The position numbers and the translations under genes are program-made. Of a stretch of DNA of 64,000 bases, positions 40,018-51,264 are shown one piece after another. The notes under the pieces were generated by a model. That model saw only the letters and a program-made list of their open reading frames with translations, did no database searches and was not told the origin of the DNA. Source of the DNA: Candidatus Eiseniibacteriota bacterium (GTDB taxonomy: Bacteria; Eisenbacteria; RBG-16-71-46); the NCBI GenBank assembly GCA_963717935.1, contig CAVQXP010000004.1, forward strand, positions 704,001 to 768,000, written 5' to 3'. The first letter of the stretch is position 1; each line of letters begins with the position of its first letter.

Positions 40018-43000
40018 CCGAACAGGGGCCGATGGACGAGATCCTGAAGGCGTTGCAGGAACGGGCCAAGGAGCTCAACTGCCTCTACCGCATCGACGAG
40101 ATCGTGCACGACGTGGAGCGGCCGGTCGAGGATTTGCTGCGCGCGGTGGCCGAGGCGCTGCCGCAGGGCGTGCAGTACCCGGCGCACTGCGTGGCGCGCT
40201 GCGTGCTGCGCGATCTCGACGTGCGCGGCGCGGACTTCGTCGAGACCCCGTGGAAGCTCTCGGCGCCCATCGTCATCTCGAACCGGCGGGTCGGCGAGCT
40301 GTGCATCTACTACACGCAGCAGATGCCCAGGGCCGACGAGGGGCCGTTCCTCAAGGAGGAGCGCAGGCTCATCGATGCGGCCGCCGACCGTGTCGCCCGG
40401 GCCGTCCAGCACCGCGAGCTGACCGAGGTGTTCGGGCGCACGCAGATCGGCCACTCCGCGGTGGACGCCGTGCTCCGCCAGGACTGGAGCATCATCCTCG
40501 ACCTGCTGCGCCGCACCGACCAGAACCTGTACAACCAGGTCGCGCGCAAGATGCTGAACCACCTGTCCTGGAGCGGCATCGAGGAAGCCAAGGAGCTGCT
40601 CCTCAGCATCGCCGGCCCGGAGGAGGCGTGGGAGCCCGGTGACGAGAATCGCCCGACGCGGCGCAACGCGCCCAAGGACTTCGAGGTCATCAGCGCCGAG
40701 ACCTTTGAGATCGCGGCTGCCCACCTGAGCGAGCAGGAGCTGCTCAGCAGCATCCAGACCTGGATCAAGGAGGACCGGCTCAACTTCCTGGTGCTTGCGC
40801 TCGAGAGCAGCAACACCTCGCTGCCCGAGATCGCCAACGCGCTGGAGCGCTACCACCACACGGGCCTGGACGTGCGCGAGCTGTCGCCCGCCATGCACCT
40901 GGGTCTCAAGGTCTCGCTCATCCGGCGCCTGCTCACCGACAACCTCGAGTTCATCAACACCTGCCGGCCGTGGGTGGAGATCGATGACTTCGTGGACCTC
41001 GTCAGCCACACCATCCTGCTGCCACATAGCCACGGCCGGGTGGGCGGCAAGGCCAGCGGGCTCCTGCTGGCGCGGCACGTCCTGCGGCGCTCTCCCGAGC
41101 ACCGCGAGCTGCTGGACGGGGTCAAGGTGCCCCGGACCTGGTACGTGCCCTCGGACGGTCTCCTCCAGTTCCTCGCCTACAACAACCTTGACGACGTCTA
41201 CAACTGGAAGTACCGCGACTTGGACGAGATCCGGCAGGAATACCCGCACATGCTCCAGGTCTTCAAGAGCTCGCGTTTCCCGGCCGAGTTCGTGCAGGGG
41301 CTCTCGACCGCGCTCGACGACCTCGGCGACCGGCCGCTCATCGTGCGCAGCTCGAGCCTGCTCGAGGACCGCGCGGGCGCGGCCTTCTCGGGGAAGTACA
41401 AGAGCCTGTTCCTCGCGAACCAGGGCCGCAAGGCCGACCGGCTGGCGGCCCTGCTGGACGCCATCGCCGAGGTCTACGGCTCGGTCTTCGGCCCGGATCC
41501 TCTCCAGTACCGCGCGGAGCGCGGGTTGCTCGAGCATCACGAAGAGATGGGCATCATGATCCAGGAGGTGGTGGGCATGCGCGTGGGCCGCTACTTCCTG
41601 CCTTCGTTCGCGGGCGTCGGCTTCAGCAACAACGAGCTGCGCTGGTCGCCCCGCATCCGGCGCGACGACGGGTTGCTGCGCCTGGTGCCGGGTCTCGGCA
41701 CGCGCGCGGTGGACCGTCTGGCCGATGACTACCCGATCCTGGTCGCGCCGGGGCAGCCAGGGCTGCGCGTCAACGTCACCCCGGAGGAGGTCTGCCGCTA
41801 CTCGCCGCGCAAGGTCGACGTCATCAATCTGGAGACCAACTCCTTCGAGACCGTGGACCGCCACACCCTGCTGAAAGAAGTCGGCGGACACCTCCCCAGG
41901 CTCGCCCAGATCGTCTCGCTCTACGAGCACGACATGCTGCGGCGCCCCGGCGGCCTCGACCTGCGCTTCAACGAGGACAACCTGATCTTCACCTTCGAGG
42001 GCCTGTTGACGAACACCGACTTCGTGCCGCGCATGCAGGCCGTCCTCAAGGTCCTGCGCGAGGCGCAGGGCGTACCGGTGGACATCGAGTTCGCCTCGAA
42101 CGGAGACGAACTCTACCTGCTGCAGTGCCGGCCCCAGAGTCACGCGCCGGACACCGCGCCGGCACCCATCCCGCGCGACCTGCCGCAGGAGCGCGTGCTG
42201 TTCTCCGCCAACCGCTATGTCTCGAACGGCGCCGTGCCCGACATCACGCACATCGTCTACGTGGACCCCGATGGCTACAGCCGGCTGGGCGACCTGAACG
42301 AGTTGCGCGACGTGAGCCGCGCCGTCAGCAGTCTCAACAAGATCCTGCCCAAGCGCCAGTTCGTCCTCATGGGACCGGGGCGCTGGGGCAGCCGCGGCGA
42401 TGTCAAGCTGGGCGTGAGCGTGACGTATTCCGACATCAACAACACCGCGATGCTGATCGAGGTCGCGCGCAAGAAGGGCAACTACGTCCCGGATCTCTCG
42501 TTCGGCACGCACTTCTTCCAGGACCTCATCGAGTCAGGGATCCGCTACCTGCCGCTCTACCCCGACGATCCGGGCGTGGCCTTCAACGAGCCGTTCTTCC
42601 GCAAGTCCGAGAACGTCCTGGCCCGGCTGCTGCCGGACCTCGCGTACCTCGCGGACACCGTGCGGGTGATCGACGTGCCGGAGGCCGCGGGTGGCCAGGT
42701 GCTGCGCGTGCTCATGAACGCCGACCTCGAGGAGGCCGTGGGCGTGCTGGCCCCGCCGGGCGTGGCCGTGGTCACGTCGGCAGCGCTGCCGAGCCCCACG
42801 GCGCGGCCGGCGGAGGACCACTGGCGCTGGCGGTTGCGCATGGCGCAGAAGGTCGCCGCGGACCTCGATCCCGCGCGCTTCGGCGTCCACGCTTTCTACG
42901 TCTTCGGCAGCACGAAGAACGCCTCGGCCGGGCCCGGCAGCGACATCGACGTCATCATCCACTTCAGGGGCACGCCGGAGCAGCGCCGGGAGCTGGAACT

Positions 43001-43193
43001 CTGGCTCGAGGGCTGGAGCCTGTGCCTTGCGGAGATGAACTTCCTGCGCACCGGCTACCACAGCGAGGGCCTGCTGGACGTGCACCTCGTCACCGACGAA
43101 GACCTCGTGCGGCAGACCAGCTACGCGGCCAAGATCGGGGCCATCACGGACGCCGCGCGTCCGCTCATGCTGGGAGGCCCGGCGGCGGGATGA
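40014..43193 (+). CDS. Multidomain protein: GAF-like N-terminus, PPDK_N dikinase-like core, C-terminal nucleotidyltransferase
   Basis: 'ERAKELNCLY...GPFLKEERRLI'; 'VGGKASG', 'VRSSSLLED', 'DIEFA', 'LQCRP', 'GRWGS', 'SFGTHFF'; 'VFGSTKNASAGPGSDIDVII...LDVH'. Confidence 0.88.
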   Translation: MTEQGPMDEILKALQERAKELNCLYRIDEIVHDVERPVEDLLRAVAEALPQGVQYPAHCVARCVLRDLDVRGADFVETPWKLSAPIVISNRRVGELCIYYTQQMPRADEGPFLKEERRLIDAAADRVARAVQHRELTEVFGRTQIGHSAVDAVLRQDWSIILDLLRRTDQNLYNQVARKMLNHLSWSGIEEAKELLLSIAGPEEAWEPGDENRPTRRNAPKDFEVISAETFEIAAAHLSEQELLSSIQTWIKEDRLNFLVLALESSNTSLPEIANALERYHHTGLDVRELSPAMHLGLKVSLIRRLLTDNLEFINTCRPWVEIDDFVDLVSHTILLPHSHGRVGGKASGLLLARHVLRRSPEHRELLDGVKVPRTWYVPSDGLLQFLAYNNLDDVYNWKYRDLDEIRQEYPHMLQVFKSSRFPAEFVQGLSTALDDLGDRPLIVRSSSLLEDRAGAAFSGKYKSLFLANQGRKADRLAALLDAIAEVYGSVFGPDPLQYRAERGLLEHHEEMGIMIQEVVGMRVGRYFLPSFAGVGFSNNELRWSPRIRRDDGLLRLVPGLGTRAVDRLADDYPILVAPGQPGLRVNVTPEEVCRYSPRKVDVINLETNSFETVDRHTLLKEVGGHLPRLAQIVSLYEHDMLRRPGGLDLRFNEDNLIFTFEGLLTNTDFVPRMQAVLKVLREAQGVPVDIEFASNGDELYLLQCRPQSHAPDTAPAPIPRDLPQERVLFSANRYVSNGAVPDITHIVYVDPDGYSRLGDLNELRDVSRAVSSLNKILPKRQFVLMGPGRWGSRGDVKLGVSVTYSDINNTAMLIEVARKKGNYVPDLSFGTHFFQDLIESGIRYLPLYPDDPGVAFNEPFFRKSENVLARLLPDLAYLADTVRVIDVPEAAGGQVLRVLMNADLEEAVGVLAPPGVAVVTSAALPSPTARPAEDHWRWRLRMAQKVAADLDPARFGVHAFYVFGSTKNASAGPGSDIDVIIHFRGTPEQRRELELWLEGWSLCLAEMNFLRTGYHSEGLLDVHLVTDEDLVRQTSYAAKIGAITDAARPLMLGGPAAG

Positions 43194-44043
43194 GCGCGCG
43201 GGTCGCCTGCCCGGGCGACTCGAGATCGAAGCGCACCAGCGCCAGCTCGGGGCCGTCGTGGGCGGCCGAGAGACAGTGCGTGCGCCCGAGGCGGTCGCGC
43301 CAATCGCCGGTGAGCCGCGCTGACTCGTGCACGTGGCCGTGGAGCGAGAGCAGCGGCTGGCGCGCCTCGAGGAAGCGTCGGACGGCGATGCTCCCCACGT
43401 GCGGGTCGAGCGGGACGTGGTCCACGGTCTGGCCGTCGAGCGCCGCGCGGTCGAGCCGCGTGTCGTAGGGCGGCGCGTGGAAGAGGAAGACCCCCCGGGC
43501 GAGGTCCCCGGCGCCGGCGAGCCGCTCGAGGTCTTCGCGGATCGTGGCGTTGCGTGCCTCGCCCTCGTGCAGCGGGACCGTGCGCCAGCCCTCCTCGGGT
43601 GAGGTGCAGCCGGGGTCCACGTGGCGCGAGACGTCGTAGCGCTCCCAGTCCTTGAGCGCGAAGGGCGTGGGGGGCACGCAGGCGTAGCCGAAGACCGTCC
43701 AGTCGCCGAACGGGATGCGCCGCCCGTGCGCGTATTCCCAGACGCCCGTCGCGGCGGCCTCGATCACGCTCTCCTCCTCGGCGCGCCCGTCGTCGTTGCC
43801 GAGGATGAGGAAGACCCGCGGTGCCGCGGCGCCGAGGTCCTCGCGCACGCGCGTGAAGCCGGGTGCGAGGACCTCCCGCACGAAGTCGCCGTCCGCGGCG
43901 CCGACCGCCGCGGCGAGGCCGGAGGGTAGGAGGTCTCCGCCCAGGAACACGGCGGCCGGACGTTCGGCGCGGATCACCGTGAACAGCGCCGCGTAACGCC
44001 CGGCCGCGCCGTGCAGGTCGGCGACGAAGAGGCAGCGGGTCAT
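43165..44043 (-). CDS. Calcineurin-like metallophosphoesterase
   Basis: 'ADLHG', 'GGDL', 'LGNDD', 'HAPP', 'HGHVHE'. Confidence 0.9.
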   Translation of the reverse strand: MTRCLFVADLHGAAGRYAALFTVIRAERPAAVFLGGDLLPSGLAAAVGAADGDFVREVLAPGFTRVREDLGAAAPRVFLILGNDDGRAEEESVIEAAATGVWEYAHGRRIPFGDWTVFGYACVPPTPFALKDWERYDVSRHVDPGCTSPEEGWRTVPLHEGEARNATIREDLERLAGAGDLARGVFLFHAPPYDTRLDRAALDGQTVDHVPLDPHVGSIAVRRFLEARQPLLSLHGHVHESARLTGDWRDRLGRTHCLSAAHDGPELALVRFDLESPGQATRALIPPPGLPA

Positions 44044-44055
44044 GAAAAGTCCGGG

Positions 44056-46124
<2,069 letters not shown>

Positions 46125-46128
<4 letters not shown>

Positions 46129-46704
46129 GATCCAGCCTCCTCGAGCACGCCGACGTAGGGCAGGTTCCGGTACCGCTCGACGTCGTCCATCCCATAGCCG
46201 ACCACGAACTCCTTGCCGATCTTCCAGCCCGAGTAGTCCACGGGTACCTGGATCCTGCGGCAAGGCACCTTGTCGAGCAAGGTCGCGACCCGCAGGCTCG
46301 CGGGGCGCCGCCGCTTCAGCACGTCGAGCAGGAACGATACGCTCAGGCCGGAGTCCACCACGCCCTCGCAGAGCACCACGTGGCGGTCCGCGACGTCCTC
46401 GCGCAGGTCCATCAGCAGGCGCACGTTGCCGCTCGACGTCTTTCCGGCGCCGTAGGACGAGACCGAGACGAAGTCGAGGTCCAGGTCGATGGGCGTGGCG
46501 CGCGCCAGGTCGCACTGGAACATGCAGGCGCCCTTCAGCACCCCGACGAACAGCGGACGTTTGTCCTCGTAGTCGCGCGCCAGCTCCAGTCCGAGCTCGC
46601 GCAGGCGCCGGGCGATCTGCTCGGCGCGTGAACATGACCCGCATGACGGGACCCGTACCCGGGACGATGGCTTCGGCGTGGTCGGCTGGCTGGCTCTCAG
46701 TCAT
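46125..46704 (-). CDS. hpt: Hypoxanthine phosphoribosyltransferase (frameshifts near 46560 and 46625)
   Basis: 'VGVLKGA', 'VSSYG', 'EGVVDSGLS', 'LLDK', 'FVVGYGMD...RNLPY'. Confidence 0.93.
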
Positions 46705-48158
46705 GGCGCTCCGCGTGGACCCAGAGGGCCCTCCGGGTGCCGGCGGTCACCGGCGCGCGCGCCGCGCGGCGCACGCCCACCACCCAGAGGATCCCCCCGG
46801 CGTCGGCTAGGACCGTGGGGTACTTGCGAATGTCGTTCGAGACTCTCTGCTTGCTCAAAAACCGTCCGAGGTGCGCCGCGCGGGTCCGTCCGAATGGTAC
46901 GAACCGTTCGTCGGCCCGTGCCCGCCGCACCACCAGCGGCCCAGCGAGGTCATCGGCGGCGAAGAACTCGCCCGTGCCGGAGCCCGTTGCCATGCGCCGC
47001 CGCGCCACCGCTCCGGTGGTCCAGCGCGCCGCGAGGCGCGCCCCCTCCCACTCGAGCCGGCCCGGAAGCCGGAGACGCGCCTGCGCGAGGCGCCGCTTCG
47101 GAGCCCCGCTGCGGAGGCGGATGACGTCCCGGTCGCGCTCTGCCGACCAGCCCCCGGGAAGGTGGATAATGGCTCCCCCGCGCGCCCTGTCAATCAGCCC
47201 GTCGAGCGCGGCCAGATGCCGGCGCGTCAGGCCGGTCGCGTGCGGCCCTGTCCGCTGCCACAATCCGGCCGAGGACGGTCAGTCTCAACCCGGTGGGAAG
47301 GGTCGCCAGGCGGCGGGCTTCGAGGGTGGCCATCCCGGGTTGGATGCGGCCCGCCCGGCCGAGGACGCGCCCGGCGAGGGCCTCCAGCGCCCGGGCCGCG
47401 ACGAGGGTCCCGGCCGCAGCCCGGGCGGCCCGCCTCGCCAGGAGCGCCCGCCCGCGGGTCGGGTCGAGGCCCGGCAGCAGCGCCCGCGTCAGCGCGGGGA
47501 CCGCCTCGTGGCGCACGCGGCTGCGGGTGTAGCGCGGGTCGCGGTTCGAGCGATCCTCGCGCCAGGTCTGGCCGGCCCGGACCAGGTCGGCCTCGATCTC
47601 GGCCCGCGTGGCGCCGAGGAGCGGCTTGAGCCAGAGCATGCGTTCGCCCGGTCCGTCTCCCGTGGCAAGCGCCGGCCTCATGCCCGGCAGCCCGCTGAGC
47701 CCGGTGCCGCGGGCGAGACGCATGAGCAGCGTCTCGAGTTGGTCGTCGGCCGTGTGGGCCGTGACGATGGCGCATGCCCCCGCGCGCCGCGCGGCGGCAA
47801 GCAGGAACTCCCGCCGCAGCGCGCGCAGGCCGGCCTGGCCGGAGAGCCCACGGCGGCGCAGGCGCGCACGGGTGTCCCAGCGCGCCGCGATGAGCGGCAC
47901 TCCCAGGCGTGCTGCAGAGCCCGTGCACGAATTCGAGGTCCGCGTCGGCCTCGGCCCCGCGCAGGCCATGGTGCAGGTGCGCGGCGTGCAACCGCAGGCC
48001 CAGGACGCAGGACAGGCGGGCCATGCCGATGAGGAGGGCGGTCGAGTCCGCGCCACCGCTCACCGCGACGAGCATGGGTGCCCCGGCGCTCCGGGCCGGC
48101 GCGCCGGGAGCGCACGCAGGGCGCGGCGCAGGACGGGCTCGACCCGGCGCAGGCGCAC
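46697..48158 (-). CDS. tilS: tRNA(Ile)-lysidine synthetase (frameshifts near 48090, 47910, 47260)
   Basis: 'VAVSGGADS', 'HHGLRG', 'TAHTADDQLET', 'KPLL', 'EDRSN'; tilS-hpt-ftsH synteny. Confidence 0.92.
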
Positions 48159-48176
48159 AGTGGGGCGTGAAGGGTG

Positions 48177-48252
48177 TGGTGGCGGCGCAGGGACTCGAAC
48201 CCCGGACACAGAGATTATGATTCTCCTGCTCTACCAGCTGAGCTACGCCGCC
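48177..48252 (-). tRNA. tRNA with CAT anticodon (probably elongator Met; Ile2 not excluded)
   Basis: GGCGGCGTAGCTCAGCTGGTAGAGCAGGAGAATCATAATCTCTGTGTCCGGGGTTCGAGTCCCTGCGCCGCCACCA: 76 nt, cloverleaf, encoded CCA, G1-C72 pair (not initiator). Confidence 0.95.
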
Positions 48253-48291
48253 ATTAAGACGGGGTCTTCCGGGCGGAAGACGAGCGGAGAG

Positions 48292-48320
48292 ACGTTAGGG
48301 TCCGTGCGGCGGGAAGTCAA
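48292..48320 (-). promoter_or_regulatory. Sigma-70 promoter for tRNA-tilS-hpt-ftsH
   Basis: Minus strand TTGACT-17 nt-TAACGT. Confidence 0.55.
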
Positions 48321-48376
48321 GGCAGTCGCCGCGCCGCAAGCCGTGCGGGCGCTGCCGGTTCGGTGCTCCGGTTCCC

Positions 48377-49153
48377 CTACCCGCAGTACTCCTTCGGGCC
48401 CTGCTCGAGCATCCAGCGCCACACGGTCCGCATCGTCAGCAGGTCGTCGGCGTTGGAGCCCGCGACTTCCCGCAGGATGCGCTCGCGTTCGGCGGGGTCG
48501 TTGCTCGCCCGCGCCCTCCGGTACTGGACGATGGACCAGGCCGGGCCCGAATCCGGGTTCTGCCGGCGGAAGCCCGCATGGCCGGCCATCCGCCGGATCG
48601 AGCAGGAGTCGGGCGACAGCCGCACGGCGCGCCGCACGCCCCGGGAGAGCAGCTCGAAGAGCGCCTCCTCCAGACGCTCGAGGAAGCCGGCTGGCGTGTC
48701 GCAGGCGGCGGCGTATGCCCGCAGCCAGGCCTTCTCGCGGGACGAGCCGTGCACCCAGCGCGCGTCGGGGAACCCCTCGAGGATCTGGCCAGCGCGCGCG
48801 ACGAAGCGCCCCCACGCCCGCCTGCCGCCACGGTCCTCGAAATCGGCGGTGATGGCTTCGGGCCTGGGCGCGTGCCTGCCGTCGTCCACGGCAAGCCCCC
48901 AGAGGTGGATCGCGCGGTCCGCCTGCCCGCCCTCGTGGCCCCCGTCGAGGGCGAGCCACACGACCGGCCAGGGGGGCAACTGCGGTGGCGAGATCCAGAC
49001 CCGATCCGGTCCGGGCCGCGCGAGCCACGGATGCCGCTCGCGCGCGTCGAGCGGGGGGAACGTGCCGGCCGGGACGCGGCCGCCGGGGGGTGGTTCGGGG
49101 GTCCCTGGTGGTTCGAGCAAAGGCGTGGTGGGATCGGGCGTGGCGCTCATCAT
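48377..49153 (-). CDS. Stand-alone degenerate RNase H-like domain (resembles the TM0106-family C-terminus)
   Basis: 'HLWGL', 'WVHGSSREK', 'SCSIRRMA', 'AWSIVQY', 'SNADDLLTM'. Confidence 0.65.
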   Translation of the reverse strand: MMSATPDPTTPLLEPPGTPEPPPGGRVPAGTFPPLDARERHPWLARPGPDRVWISPPQLPPWPVVWLALDGGHEGGQADRAIHLWGLAVDDGRHAPRPEAITADFEDRGGRRAWGRFVARAGQILEGFPDARWVHGSSREKAWLRAYAAACDTPAGFLERLEEALFELLSRGVRRAVRLSPDSCSIRRMAGHAGFRRQNPDSGPAWSIVQYRRARASNDPAERERILREVAGSNADDLLTMRTVWRWMLEQGPKEYCG

Positions 49154-49509
49154 GAAGGTGCACGATTACCCGGTGGGGCCGGCTCGTCAACCCCACGGCT
49201 CGCGCTCGAAGGCGCGACGCCCCAGGCCCGCGCTGCGGTCCCTGCGCCGCCGGGGACCCGGGTGGATCCCGTTCGTGGCCCATCCTCCCGCGTCCGTCCG
49301 CGACCTTGCCGGATCCGGCCGCCAGGAGGGGCAAGATCCCTCGCACGAGTCCACGCTGTCCCTGATCGTGGCCTCGTCTCCGGCCCGGCGGACCCCCGGG
49401 TCCGTGCCGGGAACCTGCCGCTGGTGGTTGAGGGACTGCCTCGGCAGGAGGGCCGGTAAGGCGAGGTTCGGTACTGCTGCGCCGATTCACATCCGCGGCG
49501 GAGGTGACG

Positions 49510-50313
49510 ATGAAGATGCCCCGGCTTCTCATCGGGCTGATGCTCGCCCTGCTGCTCCTGGCGCCGATCCCGTCCGGAGCGGTGGCGGCGAAGCGACCGG
49601 TCCACGCGGCGCGCGACACCGCGATGGTGCTCATCCCTGCCGGTGAGTTCGTGATGGGCCGCGAGGGGACCGGGGACAACAGCCCGGCGCACGCGGTGCG
49701 CATCCGAGCCTTCAGCCTCGACCGTTGCGAGGTGACGAATGCGGAGTACGCGGCGTTCTGCCAGGCCACCGGCAGATCGCTCCCGTTCTTCTGGGGCCTC
49801 GACCGCTTCCGCTCGGGACCGAAATACCCGGACCACCCGGTGATCGGCGTGAACTCGGGCGATGCGCGGGAGTACGCGGAATGGCGCGGGAAGAGGCTCC
49901 CCACCGAGGCCGAATGGGAGTACGCCGCGCGCGGGGGGCTTGCGGGGATGAGATACGTGAACGGCAACACGCTGGATTCGTCGAAGGTGAACTTCACACG
50001 CTCGCAACGGAACGGCCCGGTTGCGGTCGGCTCCTACGAGTCCAACGGCTATGGGCTCTACGACATGGCGGGCAACGTCCAGGAATGGGTCGCCGACCGG
50101 TACGGCGCCGAGTACTACAAGACCAGTCCGGCCGAAGATCCGCAGGGACCGGAGAAGGGCCGGCTCCGCGTGATCCGCGGCGGTGGCTGGTTCACCGGGC
50201 CGATGTGCATGGACGTGGACATCCGCTACGCGCTGCACTCGAACTGGGTGGACTTCAACGTCGGTTTCCGCTGCGCGAGGGACGCGGAGCCAGGGCCGAC
50301 GCAGCCGAAGTAG
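49510..50313 (+). CDS. Exported FGE/SUMF1-fold protein
   Basis: Signal peptide; 'IPAGEFVMG', 'EVTNAEY', 'RLPTEAEWEYAARGG', 'DMAGNVQEW', 'GFRC'. Confidence 0.9.
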   Translation: MKMPRLLIGLMLALLLLAPIPSGAVAAKRPVHAARDTAMVLIPAGEFVMGREGTGDNSPAHAVRIRAFSLDRCEVTNAEYAAFCQATGRSLPFFWGLDRFRSGPKYPDHPVIGVNSGDAREYAEWRGKRLPTEAEWEYAARGGLAGMRYVNGNTLDSSKVNFTRSQRNGPVAVGSYESNGYGLYDMAGNVQEWVADRYGAEYYKTSPAEDPQGPEKGRLRVIRGGGWFTGPMCMDVDIRYALHSNWVDFNVGFRCARDAEPGPTQPK

Positions 50314-50387
50314 GACCGGCGGGACACGGGCTTCGCCTCATCCGTCCCATCAGCCGGACTGCCGCGCCCGGTCCGATCTGCCTCGCC

Positions 50388-51206
50388 CTACTCGGCCGTC
50401 CCCGCGGCCGCCTCGCCGTCCGCCAGGGGCGCGGACGGTGACACCTCCTCCTCGGGACGCAGGTGGAAGATGCGAGACAGTTCGCTGCGCAGCGCACCAC
50501 TGTCGAGGTGCTGCTTGAGCGTCCCGCGGTAGGCGACCGAGATGCCGCCGCTCTCCTCGCTCACCACGACGATGGCGGCATCGGACTCCTCGGAGAGGCC
50601 CAGGGCCGCGCGATGCCGCGTGCCGAGGGCGAACGCCAGCTTGAGGTCGGACGAGAGCGGCAGGATGCAGGAGGCCGCGACCACCGCGTCCTCGCGCAGG
50701 ATGACCGCGCCGTCGTGGAGCGGCGAGCCGGGCGAGAACAGCGTCACCAGCAGCTCGGCCGTGACCTTGGCGTCCAGCCGCGTGCCGGTCTCGACGAAGT
50801 TCCTCAGGCCGGTGTTGCGTTCGATCACCATGAGCGCCCCCTGGCGCTTCTCGCCCAGGGTCTCGGCCGCTCGCACCACCTCGCCCAGGACGCCGTAGGA
50901 GTCGCCGCGCAGGAACGAGCGGAAGTAGCGCGTGCGCCCGAACTGGGCGAGCACGTGCCGCAGCTCGGGCTGGAAGAGGATGACGAAGGCGATCAGCCAG
51001 ATGGTCTTGACGCTGTCCACGATCCACTTGACCGCGATCAGGTCGAAGGCGCGGGCGAACAGCCCCACGAGCACGATGAGCAGCAGCCCGACGTACATCT
51101 GTCCGGAGCGCGTGCCCTTCACCAGCACGAGGAGCCGGTAGAAGAGCAGCGCGACGAGGAAGATGTCGAGCAGGTCGAGCAGCCAGATCTGGTGAACGGG
51201 CGTCAT
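50388..51206 (-). CDS. cdaA: Diadenylate cyclase CdaA
   Basis: Three N-terminal TM helices, 'FQPELR', 'LHDGAV', 'GTRHRAA', 'VVSEE'. Confidence 0.95.
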   Translation of the reverse strand: MTPVHQIWLLDLLDIFLVALLFYRLLVLVKGTRSGQMYVGLLLIVLVGLFARAFDLIAVKWIVDSVKTIWLIAFVILFQPELRHVLAQFGRTRYFRSFLRGDSYGVLGEVVRAAETLGEKRQGALMVIERNTGLRNFVETGTRLDAKVTAELLVTLFSPGSPLHDGAVILREDAVVAASCILPLSSDLKLAFALGTRHRAALGLSEESDAAIVVVSEESGGISVAYRGTLKQHLDSGALRSELSRIFHLRPEEEVSPSAPLADGEAAAGTAE

Positions 51207-51264
51207 GGTCGGGTCTCTCGAGTCACGTTCCGGGAGCGAGAGTAGCAGAAGCGCACGGGCGCGC

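Noticed and set aside
38215..43193. Annotation as PEP synthase (ppsA) or PPDK
   Set aside because: No canonical swivel-His motif or pyruvate-binding barrel is visible
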